DNA of 45,785 bases from Candidatus Falkowbacteria bacterium RIFOXYD12_FULL_34_57 (lineage in GTDB: Bacteria; Patescibacteriota; Patescibacteriia; Patescibacteriales; UBA12075), in the NCBI GenBank assembly GCA_001780285.1, contig MFGN01000015.1, positions 1 through 45,785 on the forward strand, read 5' to 3'. The position numbers and the translations under genes were made by a program. The notes below the pieces were generated by a model. That model was given only the letters and a program-made list of their open reading frames with translations, had not been told where the DNA came from and did no database searches. Positions 9,500 through 18,538 of the stretch are shown in pieces (position 1 is the stretch's first letter; each line of letters begins with the position of its first letter).

Positions 9500-11014
9500 T
9501 TATTTATTTTTTACTGATTCGTTTTCTTTGGTCTGCCTCGGGCGAAGGTCGGACACCCTTAAAGCTTTTTTGTAAAGCGTTACATATTTTTTAGCGGGAA
9601 TTTCCCAACTATTAGATTCCTGCATCGCACGCAGAATCATATTTTTCCACACATCTTTATAGTGAAAATTTTCCAGAGCGCGAACTATTGCCCGATACAT
9701 AGAAAATTTATTAAATTTTTCAAAAACAAATCCCGTACCATCACAAGTTGTCGGATCAAAATCAATAACTGTATCATGAAGCCCCCCAACCCTCCTAACA
9801 ATAGGAATACAGCCATAGCGCATAGCTTTTAATTGATTAATGCCGCATGGTTCATAATGAGATGGTAATAAAAAAAAGTCAGCTCCGGCATAAAGCAGTG
9901 TTTCGTATTGAGCATTGCCGGTAAACGGTATCCAAATAAATTTTTTGGGGTACTTTCTGGATATTCTTTTTAATTCTTTTATATAATTTTTATCTCCATC
10001 ACCAAGCATTATAAGCTGCATATCTAAATTCATTAACTCTTCAGCAATCTCCGAGACCAGAGCAAGCCCCTTTTGAAAAGTAATACGGGAGGTAGTACAA
10101 ACAAGTGGAATATCAGGATTAACCGGCAAACAAAACTTTTTCTGTACATACTCCTTGTTTAATTTTTTTCTATGAATTTTTTTACAATTATAGTTTCTAA
10201 AAAGTCCCGGATCATTGTTGGGGTTAAAAGATTTATAATCAATGCCGTTAACAATGCCAAAAAGACGATCCTTTCTGTTTCTTAAAATTTGATGCAGATC
10301 TTGTCCAAATTGACGGGTCATCAACTCATCCCTGTATTTCTCGCTGACCGCGCTGATTACATCAGCCGAGAGAATGGCTCTTTTTGCAAAATTTATATTT
10401 TCTAAATCCGGGTTTGAAAAATGCGGCAATCTTTTATGTCCGTAGTCTTTATTTTTAAGCGGAACCTCCCACCAATTTTTCCCTAATTGAAATATTAAAT
10501 TATGAATAGTAAAAATAGTTTTAGCTTTACTCAGGGTTTTAGAATATCGAAACTTGGTTTTCAAATAAAAGGGAATTAGTCCTGTCTGCCAATCATGACA
10601 ATGAACGATATCGGCATTAAATTTCAAAAGTGAAATTAATTTGAGCGCCGCCACATCAAAAATCATCCATCTTTTATTTTCACAACTGGAGCCATAAAGA
10701 GTTTTTCTTTTGGAAAAATATTTTGGACATTCCATAAAATACACAGAAAGTCCCTCCATCATATATCCCTGCCAATAATTCACCCTAACAACATCTTCAG
10801 AATTAATATACAAATCCACATTCTCATAAATAAGTTTTAAATCATATTTTTTCTTATCAATTATTTTTCCGTATAACGGAGTAATAGCTATAACATCGTG
10901 CCCCAATCTTTTAATAGCCTTGGGCAAGCTTCGAGCCACATCTGCCAAACCACCACTTTTTGAAAATGGATCAATCTCACTGACAATAGAAACGATTTTT
11001 AATACTTTAGACAT
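9500..11014 (-). CDS. Second glycogen-synthase-like glycosyltransferase (GT5, GlgA paralog).
   Basis: N-terminal SEIDPFSKSGGLADV (KxGGL motif) and a GT-B C-terminal region. 504 aa. Confidence 0.7.
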   Translation of the reverse strand: MSKVLKIVSIVSEIDPFSKSGGLADVARSLPKAIKRLGHDVIAITPLYGKIIDKKKYDLKLIYENVDLYINSEDVVRVNYWQGYMMEGLSVYFMECPKYFSKRKTLYGSSCENKRWMIFDVAALKLISLLKFNADIVHCHDWQTGLIPFYLKTKFRYSKTLSKAKTIFTIHNLIFQLGKNWWEVPLKNKDYGHKRLPHFSNPDLENINFAKRAILSADVISAVSEKYRDELMTRQFGQDLHQILRNRKDRLFGIVNGIDYKSFNPNNDPGLFRNYNCKKIHRKKLNKEYVQKKFCLPVNPDIPLVCTTSRITFQKGLALVSEIAEELMNLDMQLIMLGDGDKNYIKELKRISRKYPKKFIWIPFTGNAQYETLLYAGADFFLLPSHYEPCGINQLKAMRYGCIPIVRRVGGLHDTVIDFDPTTCDGTGFVFEKFNKFSMYRAIVRALENFHYKDVWKNMILRAMQESNSWEIPAKKYVTLYKKALRVSDLRPRQTKENESVKNK

Positions 11015-11068
11015 AAAAATTTATTCTTTCTATTTGTCACCCTGAACTTGATTCAAAATGACACAAAA

Positions 11069-11542
11069 TTATATTTTATTATTTATTGCGCAGATTGCAA
11101 CAGCCAAAGCGTCGGCCGCATCATCCGGTTTTGGTATTTTATTTAAATTTAAAATTAATTTTACCATTTTTTGTACTTGCAATTTACTGGCTTTGCCATA
11201 AGCCGATACCGCCTGTTTAACCTGCAGGGGCGTAAACTCAACAATCGGAATGTTATTTTGTCTGCATGTTAAAAGAACTACTCCGCGGGCCTGTCCTACA
11301 ATCAAAGCGGTTTTCGCATTATTACAAAAAAATAATTGTTCCACCCCCACTCTCTTCGGTTTATATTTTAATATTATTATTTTTAATCTTTTGTGGATTA
11401 TATCCAATCTGTCAGGCAAAGAAAGATTAGCTTTTGTTACAATAGAACCATAATCCAAACAAATCATTTTTCCTTTATTTTCCTTTATAACTCCGAATCC
11501 GGTATCAGCAATGCCCGGATCAATACCCAAAATAATACTCAT
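11069..11542 (-). CDS. ruvC: Holliday-junction resolvase RuvC.
   Basis: MSIILGIDPGIADTGFGVI is the RuvC N-terminal catalytic motif. 157 aa. Confidence 0.8.
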   Translation of the reverse strand: MSIILGIDPGIADTGFGVIKENKGKMICLDYGSIVTKANLSLPDRLDIIHKRLKIIILKYKPKRVGVEQLFFCNNAKTALIVGQARGVVLLTCRQNNIPIVEFTPLQVKQAVSAYGKASKLQVQKMVKLILNLNKIPKPDDAADALAVAICAINNKI

Positions 11543-11622
11543 ACAAATAACTTTATAAACAATGCTTTAATTCTCTAATTTTTAAAAATTATGATTTAAA
11601 ATTTATTTAAAAATTAAAAATT

Positions 11623-12339
11623 TTATCGAACATTTGTATAATAATCAGCCACATCCTCGCAATCATCAAGGGCTTCCATAAAATTTGCCAATCTTTCACC
11701 GGCTTCATCATCTAAATCCTGTTTTTCTTTGGCTGTATACTCCATTTCTGCAGACTCTATTTTAATATGCTTATCTTCTAACACTTTATTTATAGACTGC
11801 AGGTTGTCCAATCCAGTATAAATAACTATTTCCTCATCTCCAACCTCAATGTCATCGGCGCCCAGATCAATCATTTCTAATTCAAATTCATCCATATCCA
11901 TACTCCCCATAACAGCTTTCTCTATGCGGATCACGCCCTTTTGTTCAAAATTCCACATAACAGCCCCCAAAGAACCGCCTGCCTTGGTAAATAAATGGCG
12001 CACGCTGGCAGCGCTGCGGTTTCTGTTATCAGTCAAACATTTAACTATAAATTGTGAATTTTCTGGACCGATTCCCTCATAAATCAACTCTTCAATTTGC
12101 TCAGACTCAATCTCTCCTGTACCTTTTTTAATCGCCCTTTCAATATTATCTTTAGGCATATTAGCTTGTTTGGCCCTTTCTACCGCCATGCGCAAATTAA
12201 AATTAGTATCCAGATCTCCTCCTTTTTCCCGCGCGGCTATAGTGACTATTTTAGCTAATTTTGTAAAAATAGCTCCTCTTTTAGCATCTTGAGCCCCTTT
12301 CCTCCTTTTAGTTGTGGCCCATTTACTGTGTCCTGACAT
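11623..12339 (-). CDS. yebC: YebC/PmpR-family transcriptional regulator.
   Basis: MSGHSKWATTKRRKGAQDAKRG is the canonical YebC start. The ORF-track N-terminal extension to 12459 is probably spurious. Confidence 0.75.
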   Translation of the reverse strand: MSGHSKWATTKRRKGAQDAKRGAIFTKLAKIVTIAAREKGGDLDTNFNLRMAVERAKQANMPKDNIERAIKKGTGEIESEQIEELIYEGIGPENSQFIVKCLTDNRNRSAASVRHLFTKAGGSLGAVMWNFEQKGVIRIEKAVMGSMDMDEFELEMIDLGADDIEVGDEEIVIYTGLDNLQSINKVLEDKHIKIESAEMEYTAKEKQDLDDEAGERLANFMEALDDCEDVADYYTNVR

Positions 12340-12483
12340 AATATTATCACTTCGCGAGCCCCACTTGCGAATGGGACACATGCGAATAAAAATTATTTTT
12401 AAAAAAACAGGCTTAAAGCCTGATTGATTATGATATAATAATACCACAAAAATAAACAAAAATCAATAGAAATATTCAAGATA

Positions 12484-14070
12484 TTAATAAAAAATTCGTT
12501 TTGTCACTTTTTGGATATCATCCTCTGTTATTTTTCCTCTTTTAATTTCTAAAGCGCGAAGCTCATTAATTGCCTTGCTAATTTGAGGTCCTGGTTTATA
12601 ACCCATTTTTATTAAATCCTTACCGGAAATCTTTAACTTTTTTTGTGATTTAAATAATTTTTCAATACGATTAAATATTTTTTCGCCTATCTCTTGTCCC
12701 TTCTTATCCAATCTTCCGATATTTAACTTTATTAATCTCACCAAATTCTTTCCAAATTTTTCATCTTGAATGAATACTTTTTCTAATTCCACATCGTTAA
12801 TCTTGTTAATTTCTTTAAAAAACCAATCAGCGCGATATATCAAACGAACTAAATCTTTAGTTAATCCTTTAGAAAAATTAAACCTTCTGGATATTAACTG
12901 AATATCGCTAATATCCAATTTGCCTAAATCATAGAAAAGACCAGCGAGTTTTAGTTCAAAATCAGCATCTTGCGATAAGCTTGCAAATTTTTTCTGCAGC
13001 GCCCTTAAATCCTCCTGTCCCAAGTCCTCTATTTCCGGCAATAAAACTTTTAACATTCCTGTATCTTTCAATATTTCCAAAAATTTAATCGGATCAGCCC
13101 TTAGAGCCTTTTTTGCCTCATTTTCAATATCATTTCTGGAGGTGGCGGTTTGCGGTTTATTCTTATCCTCATCCCAGACAGTCTGAAGAAATATAGGCAT
13201 ATTCTGTCCTGCCTTAATTTTAAATAAATCTCTTATTTGTTGTTCATATACCAATGCTTCTTTTAATTGTTTTGAATCCGTAAATATGTCATACGCGCTT
13301 TTTTCGGAAGGTTTGGTTATATTCCGCATAGAATCCATAATATCTTCATCAATGTCAGCTCTCAATTCAACAGCAAGGCGCATAGCTCGGAAAGCTCGGG
13401 ATGTATCCTCTTTTTCAATTCTTTCTTTCGGATTTCCAATCATTATTACTTCTTTTTTTAAAAGATCTTCTAAACCGCCGAACTCATCAATCAACTCTCC
13501 GGTAGACATATCAATAGCCATGGCATTAAAGGTAAAATCTCTTCGCTCCAAATCCTCTTTAATATTCATATTAGCATCTATTACGGGCTGCATATCTCTC
13601 TTTATACCATGAATTCCTGATTTTCCGGATTGTGAATGATCATCCCGGCGCGGATAAGCAATATCAATATGTTCTCCGTCTTCTGTAAAATTTTCTGGCT
13701 TAAAATGAATAACTCCACGGGCTTTTTGTATTAATTCCTCTTGTTCTTCCTTGCTCTTTTTATCAATATCATCTTCATATCCCAAGTTAAAACGCAACTT
13801 GCCGTACCCAGAAACAGACTTGATTAAATCAGCGGAATCTACATGGTTTACTACTATATCAATGTCGTTAGGTTCTTTTCCTAAAATAATATCCCGCACA
13901 GCTCCGCCAACAAAATAAACCCCAGCTTCGGGGTTTGTTTTTTTGAGATCATGAATAAATCTAAATTCTTCTTTAGATTGGGTTTCTTTGTGAAATTTTT
14001 CCAGCCTTTTTTCAATTTCTCTATACAATTCTTCCCTGCTATTCCCTAAAGTCTGGCTTGGTTTCTCCAT
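12484..14070 (-). CDS. cca: CCA-adding tRNA nucleotidyltransferase / poly(A)-polymerase-family protein.
   Basis: YFVGGAVRDIILGKEPNDIDIVV is the polymerase-beta nucleotidyltransferase head motif of the CCA/PAP family. The start was chosen just downstream of the tRNA-Leu. Confidence 0.65.
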   Translation of the reverse strand: MEKPSQTLGNSREELYREIEKRLEKFHKETQSKEEFRFIHDLKKTNPEAGVYFVGGAVRDIILGKEPNDIDIVVNHVDSADLIKSVSGYGKLRFNLGYEDDIDKKSKEEQEELIQKARGVIHFKPENFTEDGEHIDIAYPRRDDHSQSGKSGIHGIKRDMQPVIDANMNIKEDLERRDFTFNAMAIDMSTGELIDEFGGLEDLLKKEVIMIGNPKERIEKEDTSRAFRAMRLAVELRADIDEDIMDSMRNITKPSEKSAYDIFTDSKQLKEALVYEQQIRDLFKIKAGQNMPIFLQTVWDEDKNKPQTATSRNDIENEAKKALRADPIKFLEILKDTGMLKVLLPEIEDLGQEDLRALQKKFASLSQDADFELKLAGLFYDLGKLDISDIQLISRRFNFSKGLTKDLVRLIYRADWFFKEINKINDVELEKVFIQDEKFGKNLVRLIKLNIGRLDKKGQEIGEKIFNRIEKLFKSQKKLKISGKDLIKMGYKPGPQISKAINELRALEIKRGKITEDDIQKVTKRIFY

Positions 14071-14079
14071 AGTCATAAA

Positions 14080-14164
14080 TGGTGCGGACGGAGAGACTCG
14101 AACTCTCATACCCGAAGGCACATGGGCCTAAACCATGCGTGTCTACCAATTTCACCACGTCCGC
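14080..14164 (-). tRNA. tRNA-Leu(TAG), type II with long variable arm, CCA encoded.
   Basis: Cloverleaf folded by eye: acceptor GCGGACG/CGTCCGC, anticodon loop TTTAGGC, T-arm GAGAG-TTCGAGT-CTCTC. Confidence 0.75.
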
Positions 14165-14323
14165 TATTTTTATTGCTTTTATTATGTATTTTTTATTAAC
14201 CTTTGTCAATAGAGAATAGGCTGGGTTTAAGAAACTAATTATTGCTAATTTGCTAAGAATAGTATATAATATAATTAAGACTTCTGTGACCCACAAGTCT
14301 ATTTAAATATTTTAATAAAATTT

Positions 14324-14689
14324 ATGTCTCAAAGTTTAGATAAAAAAACTATTGAAGAAATTAAAAAAAGTTTACTTGAACGCAAAGAGTCTATTATTAA
14401 AGAATTAAGCGAAATAAACAAAAACGATCATCAAGTTAAATTTCCCGACCTGGGAGATGCTCCGGATGAGAATGCTCAAGAAATAGAAGAATACTCCACC
14501 AGCTTAGCCACTGAAAAAGTTTTACAAACAACTCTCCGAGATATTGAAGGAGCGCTGGAACGAATAGAAAATAAAACTTACGGAAAATGTAAATACTGCA
14601 AAAAAGATATTGGAATAAAAAGAATGTTGGCGCGCCCGGCAGCCAGCGCTTGCGTAGAATGCAAAACCAAGTTACAGAATGCAGAATAA
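14324..14689 (+). CDS. DksA/TraR-family C4 zinc-finger protein.
   Basis: C-terminal CKYCKKDIGIKRMLARPAASACVECK four-Cys finger. 121 aa. Confidence 0.65.
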   Translation: MSQSLDKKTIEEIKKSLLERKESIIKELSEINKNDHQVKFPDLGDAPDENAQEIEEYSTSLATEKVLQTTLRDIEGALERIENKTYGKCKYCKKDIGIKRMLARPAASACVECKTKLQNAE

Positions 14690-15146
14690 TATTACAAAAA
14701 AAAATAGCACACAAAAAATAGCAATAATCATTTTTATTGCTATTTTTTGTGTATCGATTGACCGTTTTTTAAAAATTTTATCCTCAGTTTATTTAAAACC
14801 AACTTATATAATAGAAAACATTCTACAATTTAACTTTGCAAAAAACTACTTCATTGCTTTCTCAATTCCATTTACCGGCTTAATTTTAAACATTACTATT
14901 ACTTCTATTCTTCTTTTTCTAATTTACCATCTAGTTACCGTTTTAAAAGAAAATAAAATTATTTATAGCTCGTGCCTTATATTTATAATTTTGGGTACGA
15001 TGAGCAATTTATTCGATCGCCTCAAATATGGTTATGTTATAGATTATATCGATCTAAAATATTTTACTGTTTTTAATATTGCCGATTCAATGATAGTTTG
15101 TGCAGCTGCCTGTCTTATATTAATCATATTAAAAGAAAAAAAATAA
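14679..15146 (+). CDS. lspA: Lipoprotein signal peptidase (signal peptidase II).
   Basis: NLFDRL...VIDYID...FNIADSMI motifs in a 4-TM protein of 155 aa. Confidence 0.75.
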   Translation: MQNNITKKNSTQKIAIIIFIAIFCVSIDRFLKILSSVYLKPTYIIENILQFNFAKNYFIAFSIPFTGLILNITITSILLFLIYHLVTVLKENKIIYSSCLIFIILGTMSNLFDRLKYGYVIDYIDLKYFTVFNIADSMIVCAAACLILIILKEKK

Positions 15147-15182
15147 AATCACCCAGCCGCTGTCTTTTTAGCGGAAGACCCT

Positions 15183-15608
15183 CTAATACTTCACAACTCG
15201 CTCATTTTCGTTTAAATGTTCTATCTCAATAAATTTTGTTTTTTCGGGCAAGATTTTTTTTATTTTCTCCGGCCACTCAATAATTGTAATCGTATTTTTG
15301 TCTCCAAAATACTCCTGCGCCCCAATTGCCGCTAAATCATTTTCTCCTGTCAATCGATAAGCATCAATATGGCACAATCTTTTTATTGATTTAATTTTTA
15401 CCGGATAAACCTTCATAATTACAAAAGTGGGGCTGGAAATATTGTGAGTAATCCCAAGTCCGCGTGCCAACCCTTTAGTAAAAACAGTTTTACCTGCGCC
15501 CAAGTTGCCTAAAAGGCCGATAATTTCTCCGCCCCTTAAATTTTTTGCATATTTCTTGGAAAAATCAAATGTCTCTTTTTCGGATTTAGTAATTATTTTT
15601 TTATTCAT
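15183..15608 (-). CDS. tsaE: tRNA t6A37 threonylcarbamoyladenosine biosynthesis protein TsaE (YjeE ATPase).
   Basis: GLLGNLGAGKTVFTKGLARGLGI P-loop typical of TsaE. The hydrophobic N-terminal extension in the ORF track is likely spurious. Confidence 0.7.
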   Translation of the reverse strand: MNKKIITKSEKETFDFSKKYAKNLRGGEIIGLLGNLGAGKTVFTKGLARGLGITHNISSPTFVIMKVYPVKIKSIKRLCHIDAYRLTGENDLAAIGAQEYFGDKNTITIIEWPEKIKKILPEKTKFIEIEHLNENERVVKY

Positions 15609-15769
15609 AAATTTATTATAATAAAATAAAAAAAAATAAGCAAAAATCACCCACCATCCCAAACTAAAATCCGGAACTCCAATATTAATTTACTAAAATT
15701 AATTGACAAAAAAAATATAACATGATAAATATATAATATTAGTACCTTTTGAAAATAAAAAGGAGTTTT

Positions 15770-16012
15770 ATGAACGACGCAAAAAGAAAAGAACAAGCAA
15801 TTTTACTATTTGTAGAAGCCGTAAAATTAGCCAGAAAAGGCGATACCGAAAACGCTGCCAAGCAAGCAGAAGAAAGCATCAACATCTTAAAAACCGTCGA
15901 ACCCCTTGAAAATAATCAGTTATATATTGACGAAATCCCGATGCCTAAAATTATTAATGCCGAAGAAGTTATTATACGAATGACTCTTTACGATATAAAC
16001 ATAAAAATATGA
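15770..16012 (+). CDS. Small hypothetical protein.
   Basis: 80-aa ORF with RBS aaggag 7 nt upstream of ATG. A terminator hairpin follows at 16021-16045. Confidence 0.4.
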   Translation: MNDAKRKEQAILLFVEAVKLARKGDTENAAKQAEESINILKTVEPLENNQLYIDEIPMPKIINAEEVIIRMTLYDINIKI

Positions 16013-16043
16013 AATATAAAAGTTAGGAAAAATTCCTAACTTT

Positions 16044-16069
16044 TTTATGTGGGCGCGGTGGGACTCGAA
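16044..16069 (-). repeat. Partial direct duplicate (~26 bp) of the 3' end (T-loop to discriminator plus flank) of the tRNA-Leu(CAG) gene at 16230-16311.
   Basis: ttttatgtgggcgcggtgggactcgaa is present at both loci. The copy lacks the rest of the tRNA. Confidence 0.7.
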
Positions 16070-16229
16070 AGGGCAAGCCCGTCCCGATCATATTGTTTAT
16101 ATTTTATTTTTTATTCAAATTTTATTTTTTTAAAAATTTTACTATATCTAAACATTGCTCATCGTGGTTTCTCAACCCAAAAACACCCACATAAAAAGAA
16201 ACACTCAAAAATGAGTGTTTCTTTTTATG

Positions 16230-16311
16230 TGGGCGCGGTGGGACTCGAACCCACACAAGTTGCCTCACACGCACCTGAAGCGTGCGCGTCTACCAATTCC
16301 GCCACGCGCCC
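16230..16311 (-). tRNA. tRNA-Leu(CAG), type II.
   Basis: Acceptor GGGCGCG/CGCGCCC, anticodon loop TTCAGGT, T-arm GTGGG-TTCGAGT-CCCAC. Confidence 0.75.
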
Positions 16312-16335
16312 ATTATTGCCATCTCTAAATATTTT

Positions 16336-16357
16336 TGTGGACTTAAGGGGAGTCGAA
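16336..16357 (-). repeat. Partial direct duplicate (22 bp) of the 3' end of the tRNA-Ala(CGC) gene at 16524-16597.
   Basis: tgtggacttaaggggagtcgaa is shared with the intact tRNA. The copy is followed by the ggggcgaaagcccc hairpin. Confidence 0.7.
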
Positions 16358-16477
16358 GGGGCGAAAGCCCCACACCTTCAGCAAGTAACCTATTAAAATA
16401 TTATCTAGTTTTTTCTATACCCCAATATTCCTACTTTTGTTCACCTATAATCAAAAGGACTTCTCTGCCCTACAAAT

Positions 16478-16526
16478 CCACATATAATATTCTAACCTGT
16501 GCAGCAGGTTAGAATATTATATGTGG
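16478..16526. repeat. Perfect 22-bp-stem hairpin (loop tgcag) whose right arm overlaps the last 3 nt of the tRNA-Ala 3' end.
   Basis: ccacatataatattctaacctg and its exact reverse complement caggttagaatattatatgtgg. Confidence 0.85.
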
Positions 16527-16597
16527 ACTTAAGGGGAGTCGAACCCCTGACCTCTGCCATGCGAAGGCAGCGCTCTAGCCAACTGAGCTACAAGCCC
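16524..16597 (-). tRNA. tRNA-Ala(CGC).
   Basis: Acceptor GGGCTTG, D-arm GCTCAGTTGGCTAGAGC, anticodon stem-loop CTGCC-TTCGCAT-GGCAG, T-arm AGGGG-TTCGACT-CCCCT. Confidence 0.7.
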
Positions 16598-16728
16598 TTT
16601 AATTATAACGGATTTACTGCACAAAACCAATATACCATATTCAATAAATGAAAAACAATAACTGAATTATCTTTATAATGCTAATTAATTCTATAACATG
16701 GGGCACCAAAAGGTCAATATCTAAAAAA

Positions 16729-18537
16729 CTATTTATTATTTATTTGCAAATATCCATTTTCTATTTGCTTGAAAAAAAATTTATTAATTTCGGAATTATC
16801 AATTATTCTCTTTAACATTTCTTCTTTTTCCTTATCTAAAACCAGAGATATTCTGCTATTTTGCGACTTAAACGGTAATAACTCAAAATTAAAATCATTA
16901 TCCTGCCAAACAGCTTTTATCGCCAGGCCTTTCTGTGTTTCTTCATTAAAATACTGGTCAAAAATAAAATTACCCAAAGAATAAAAAATTGCTCTATTCT
17001 TATAAATCTCCACTCCTTGAACAACATGTGGATGATGGCCGATAATTAAATCCGCACCAGCATCAATAAGCTCATGAGCCAATTTTTGCTGGATACTGTT
17101 AAAACGCTGGTCATACTCATTTCCCCAATGAATATTTACCACTATTATATCACTCTTTTCTTTCAGTTCTTTTATTAGTCCCTCAAATTTATTTTCTAAC
17201 TTTTCTCCCAACAAACTTAAACCCACCATAGCAATCCCTTTATTGCCCAGCTGAATTATTGTACTGCTGCAGTCATCAATAATACCATTAATGCACCCCG
17301 AATAATAAAACCCTAATCTGTCTAAATTTTTTCTAGTTTCTATAATGCCACGCGCGCCCTGATCATCAAAATGATTGTTGGCTAGATTCAAAAAATTAAA
17401 ATTGTATTTTTTCAACCCGATGACCAAACTCGGATCAAAGGCAAAATCAAATTCTTTTATCGGCGGATAATAAGCGGCTTTATCGGTTACCGGCCCCTCC
17501 AGGTTTGCCGATATTAAATCATAACTATCAAAAAAATTACTTTCATTCAAATCATCAAACAGAAAAGAGAGATTATTATCTTTTATTTTGGTCAGCACAT
17601 ATCGATCCAACATCAGGTCGCCCAAAAATAGCATCTTGATTTTATCACTTTCTTGCGTAAAATATCCGGTAACATAACTGGTAGTACTATCCAATTCCGG
17701 CCTGTTAGTTAATAGAGCTGAATTAGAATTATGCAATAATTTAAATGCAGCATTCTGCAATTCACAAAATTTAAGAATCGTATAAATAGCAGGCGGAGAA
17801 TCTATATCCAAATCGTATATATTTTCAAAATCAAAACTTCTAATAGCCTGAATACTGTCCTGATCATTTTTTTGCGCGGTCAAGCTGTCTTTATAATGGG
17901 AAAAGTCCGCACTGGCAAGCATTAAAAAATTTTTATCTTTCACTGCTTCCATTAAAATTTTTACTAATTCATCCCCTTCCGCCTTATTGATATTTGATCT
18001 TAAAATCAAAGGAACCATTTTTGCTTTCGGAAAATATTTTTTGATAAAAGACACTTCACCGTAAATAGCGTGTTCGTTGCCAATCACATTTTCATTGATT
18101 TCAATATCCTCGTAATTCTTCAGGATATCCAAAATATTGCGATCATTTTTCAGTATTCCATAAGGCGTCTCCCAGTCATATTCAGAAGTAATAATCTTAG
18201 CATTTCCTTGATTATAATGATTCGGCCCTATTAAAATAATTGTATCATAATCCTGACCATCAAGATTATAAAAAAATTCACTAATTAGATCAGCCGCTAA
18301 CAAATGGTGCGGAATTATTCCCGCTACCACCCGCTTGCCGGACAGATCAAATTCTTTCTTGTTGAATTTCCCGGCTGTTTCAAAAAAATCTTTATTATTT
18401 GGGTTAGAAATATGGCGAATCTGCGTCATAACCACAAATCCTTGTTCCAAAGAATTTGATATAGGTAAAATAATTAAGCCTGCAATACACAGGCTTAATA
18501 TAAAGATAATCACAATGTATATTTTCAAGCTTTGCAT
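16729..18537 (-). CDS. Fusion protein: N-terminal MEMO1/AmmeMemoRadiSam-system-protein-B-like domain plus C-terminal CapA/PgsA-family metallophosphatase domain, behind a signal anchor.
   Basis: N-half motifs GIIPHHLLAADLI, LIGPNHY, NEHAIYGEVSF and LASADFSHY (MEMO1 family). C-half motifs FLGDLMLDRY, NLANNHFDDQG, VVNIHWGNEY and GHHPHVVQGVE (CapA family). Confidence 0.6.
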   Translation of the reverse strand: MQSLKIYIVIIFILSLCIAGLIILPISNSLEQGFVVMTQIRHISNPNNKDFFETAGKFNKKEFDLSGKRVVAGIIPHHLLAADLISEFFYNLDGQDYDTIILIGPNHYNQGNAKIITSEYDWETPYGILKNDRNILDILKNYEDIEINENVIGNEHAIYGEVSFIKKYFPKAKMVPLILRSNINKAEGDELVKILMEAVKDKNFLMLASADFSHYKDSLTAQKNDQDSIQAIRSFDFENIYDLDIDSPPAIYTILKFCELQNAAFKLLHNSNSALLTNRPELDSTTSYVTGYFTQESDKIKMLFLGDLMLDRYVLTKIKDNNLSFLFDDLNESNFFDSYDLISANLEGPVTDKAAYYPPIKEFDFAFDPSLVIGLKKYNFNFLNLANNHFDDQGARGIIETRKNLDRLGFYYSGCINGIIDDCSSTIIQLGNKGIAMVGLSLLGEKLENKFEGLIKELKEKSDIIVVNIHWGNEYDQRFNSIQQKLAHELIDAGADLIIGHHPHVVQGVEIYKNRAIFYSLGNFIFDQYFNEETQKGLAIKAVWQDNDFNFELLPFKSQNSRISLVLDKEKEEMLKRIIDNSEINKFFFKQIENGYLQINNK

Positions 18538-18538
18538 T

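Noticed and set aside
11040-11062. 13-mer cctgaacttgatt shared between 11040-11062 and 38520-38542.
   Set aside because: Only two short copies in unrelated contexts. This is insufficient to call a regulatory motif or repeat family.
16049-16512. ORF-track ORFs 16049-16396 and 16282-16512 (plus strand) and 27392-27849 (three ORFs) spanning tRNA genes, and 29863-30057 inside the 16S gene.
   Set aside because: They overlap well-supported tRNA/rRNA genes and have no RBS or protein-like composition. They are spurious.
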